NCBI GenBank assembly: GCA_964247055.1
Contig: OZ176060.1
Span: forward strand, 992,001-1,056,000
From: Paragordius varius
Lineage: Eukaryota; Animalia; Nematomorpha
Length of the DNA: 64,000 nucleotides
Direction: 5' to 3'
Shown here: piece after piece, positions 63,949 through 64,000 of the stretch
Numbering within the stretch: the stretch's first letter is position 1
Layout: each line of letters begins with the position of its first letter
Made by a program: the position numbers and the translations under genes
Notes under the pieces: generated by a model
What the model saw: only the letters and a program-made list of their open reading frames with translations
Database searches by the model: none
Told to the model about the DNA's origin: nothing

Positions 63949-64000
63949 ACAACTACACTCATAACAAGAGTGATGACGTCATCACTCTTGTGGTGAGTGT
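63949..64000. other. Second copy of the palindrome (cut by the window edge)
   Basis: ACAACTACACTCATAACAAGAGTGATGAC|GTCATCACTCTTGTGGTGAGTGT; 14 perfect pairs, then 2 mismatches. Confidence 0.95.

Larger units (their letters stand above)
62150..64000. repeat. Diverged ~1.34-1.38 kb tandem duplication with GA/GT/CA simple-repeat block
   Basis: TCAAAAATGAG at 62161 and 63541; TATATATAATAACAAAAATAACAAA at ~62432 and ~63812; palindrome centres at 62641 and 63977. Confidence 0.85.

Overview
Extremely AT-rich eukaryotic DNA (roughly 85-90% A+T by eye, not computed), probably from an animal; the taxon cannot be fixed from this window. (1) Positions 1 to ~51.5 kb are a nested satellite complex. Satellite A (~105 bp basic unit) and satellite B (~120-250 bp modular unit with a conserved TACAGCGAGTATATACT...TACTCAAG core) alternate A-B-A-B. 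Ten copies of a non-autonomous, TA-flanked foldback/MITE-like element (C) sit at one fixed site of the B monomer, and two more are inverted and truncated. (2) A 4-exon eIF5A gene (54161-57624, +, 160 aa, hypusine motif intact) is surrounded by degenerate tandem 'echoes' of its own exons and splice sites: 5 decoy acceptor+ATG starts, 3 copies of the exon-1 3' half, 2 copies of exon 3 and 1 of exon 4. Several echoes differ from the real exon mostly or only at synonymous sites. (3) A complete but decayed Buster-type hAT transposon (59343-61675) has a perfect 8-bp TSD, and part of its transposase sequence resembles the satellite B core. (4) A ~1.35 kb tandem duplication at the right end carries a perfect 58-bp palindrome centred on TGACGTCA. 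No rRNA, tRNA or CRISPR array is supported. All alignments and counts were made by eye.
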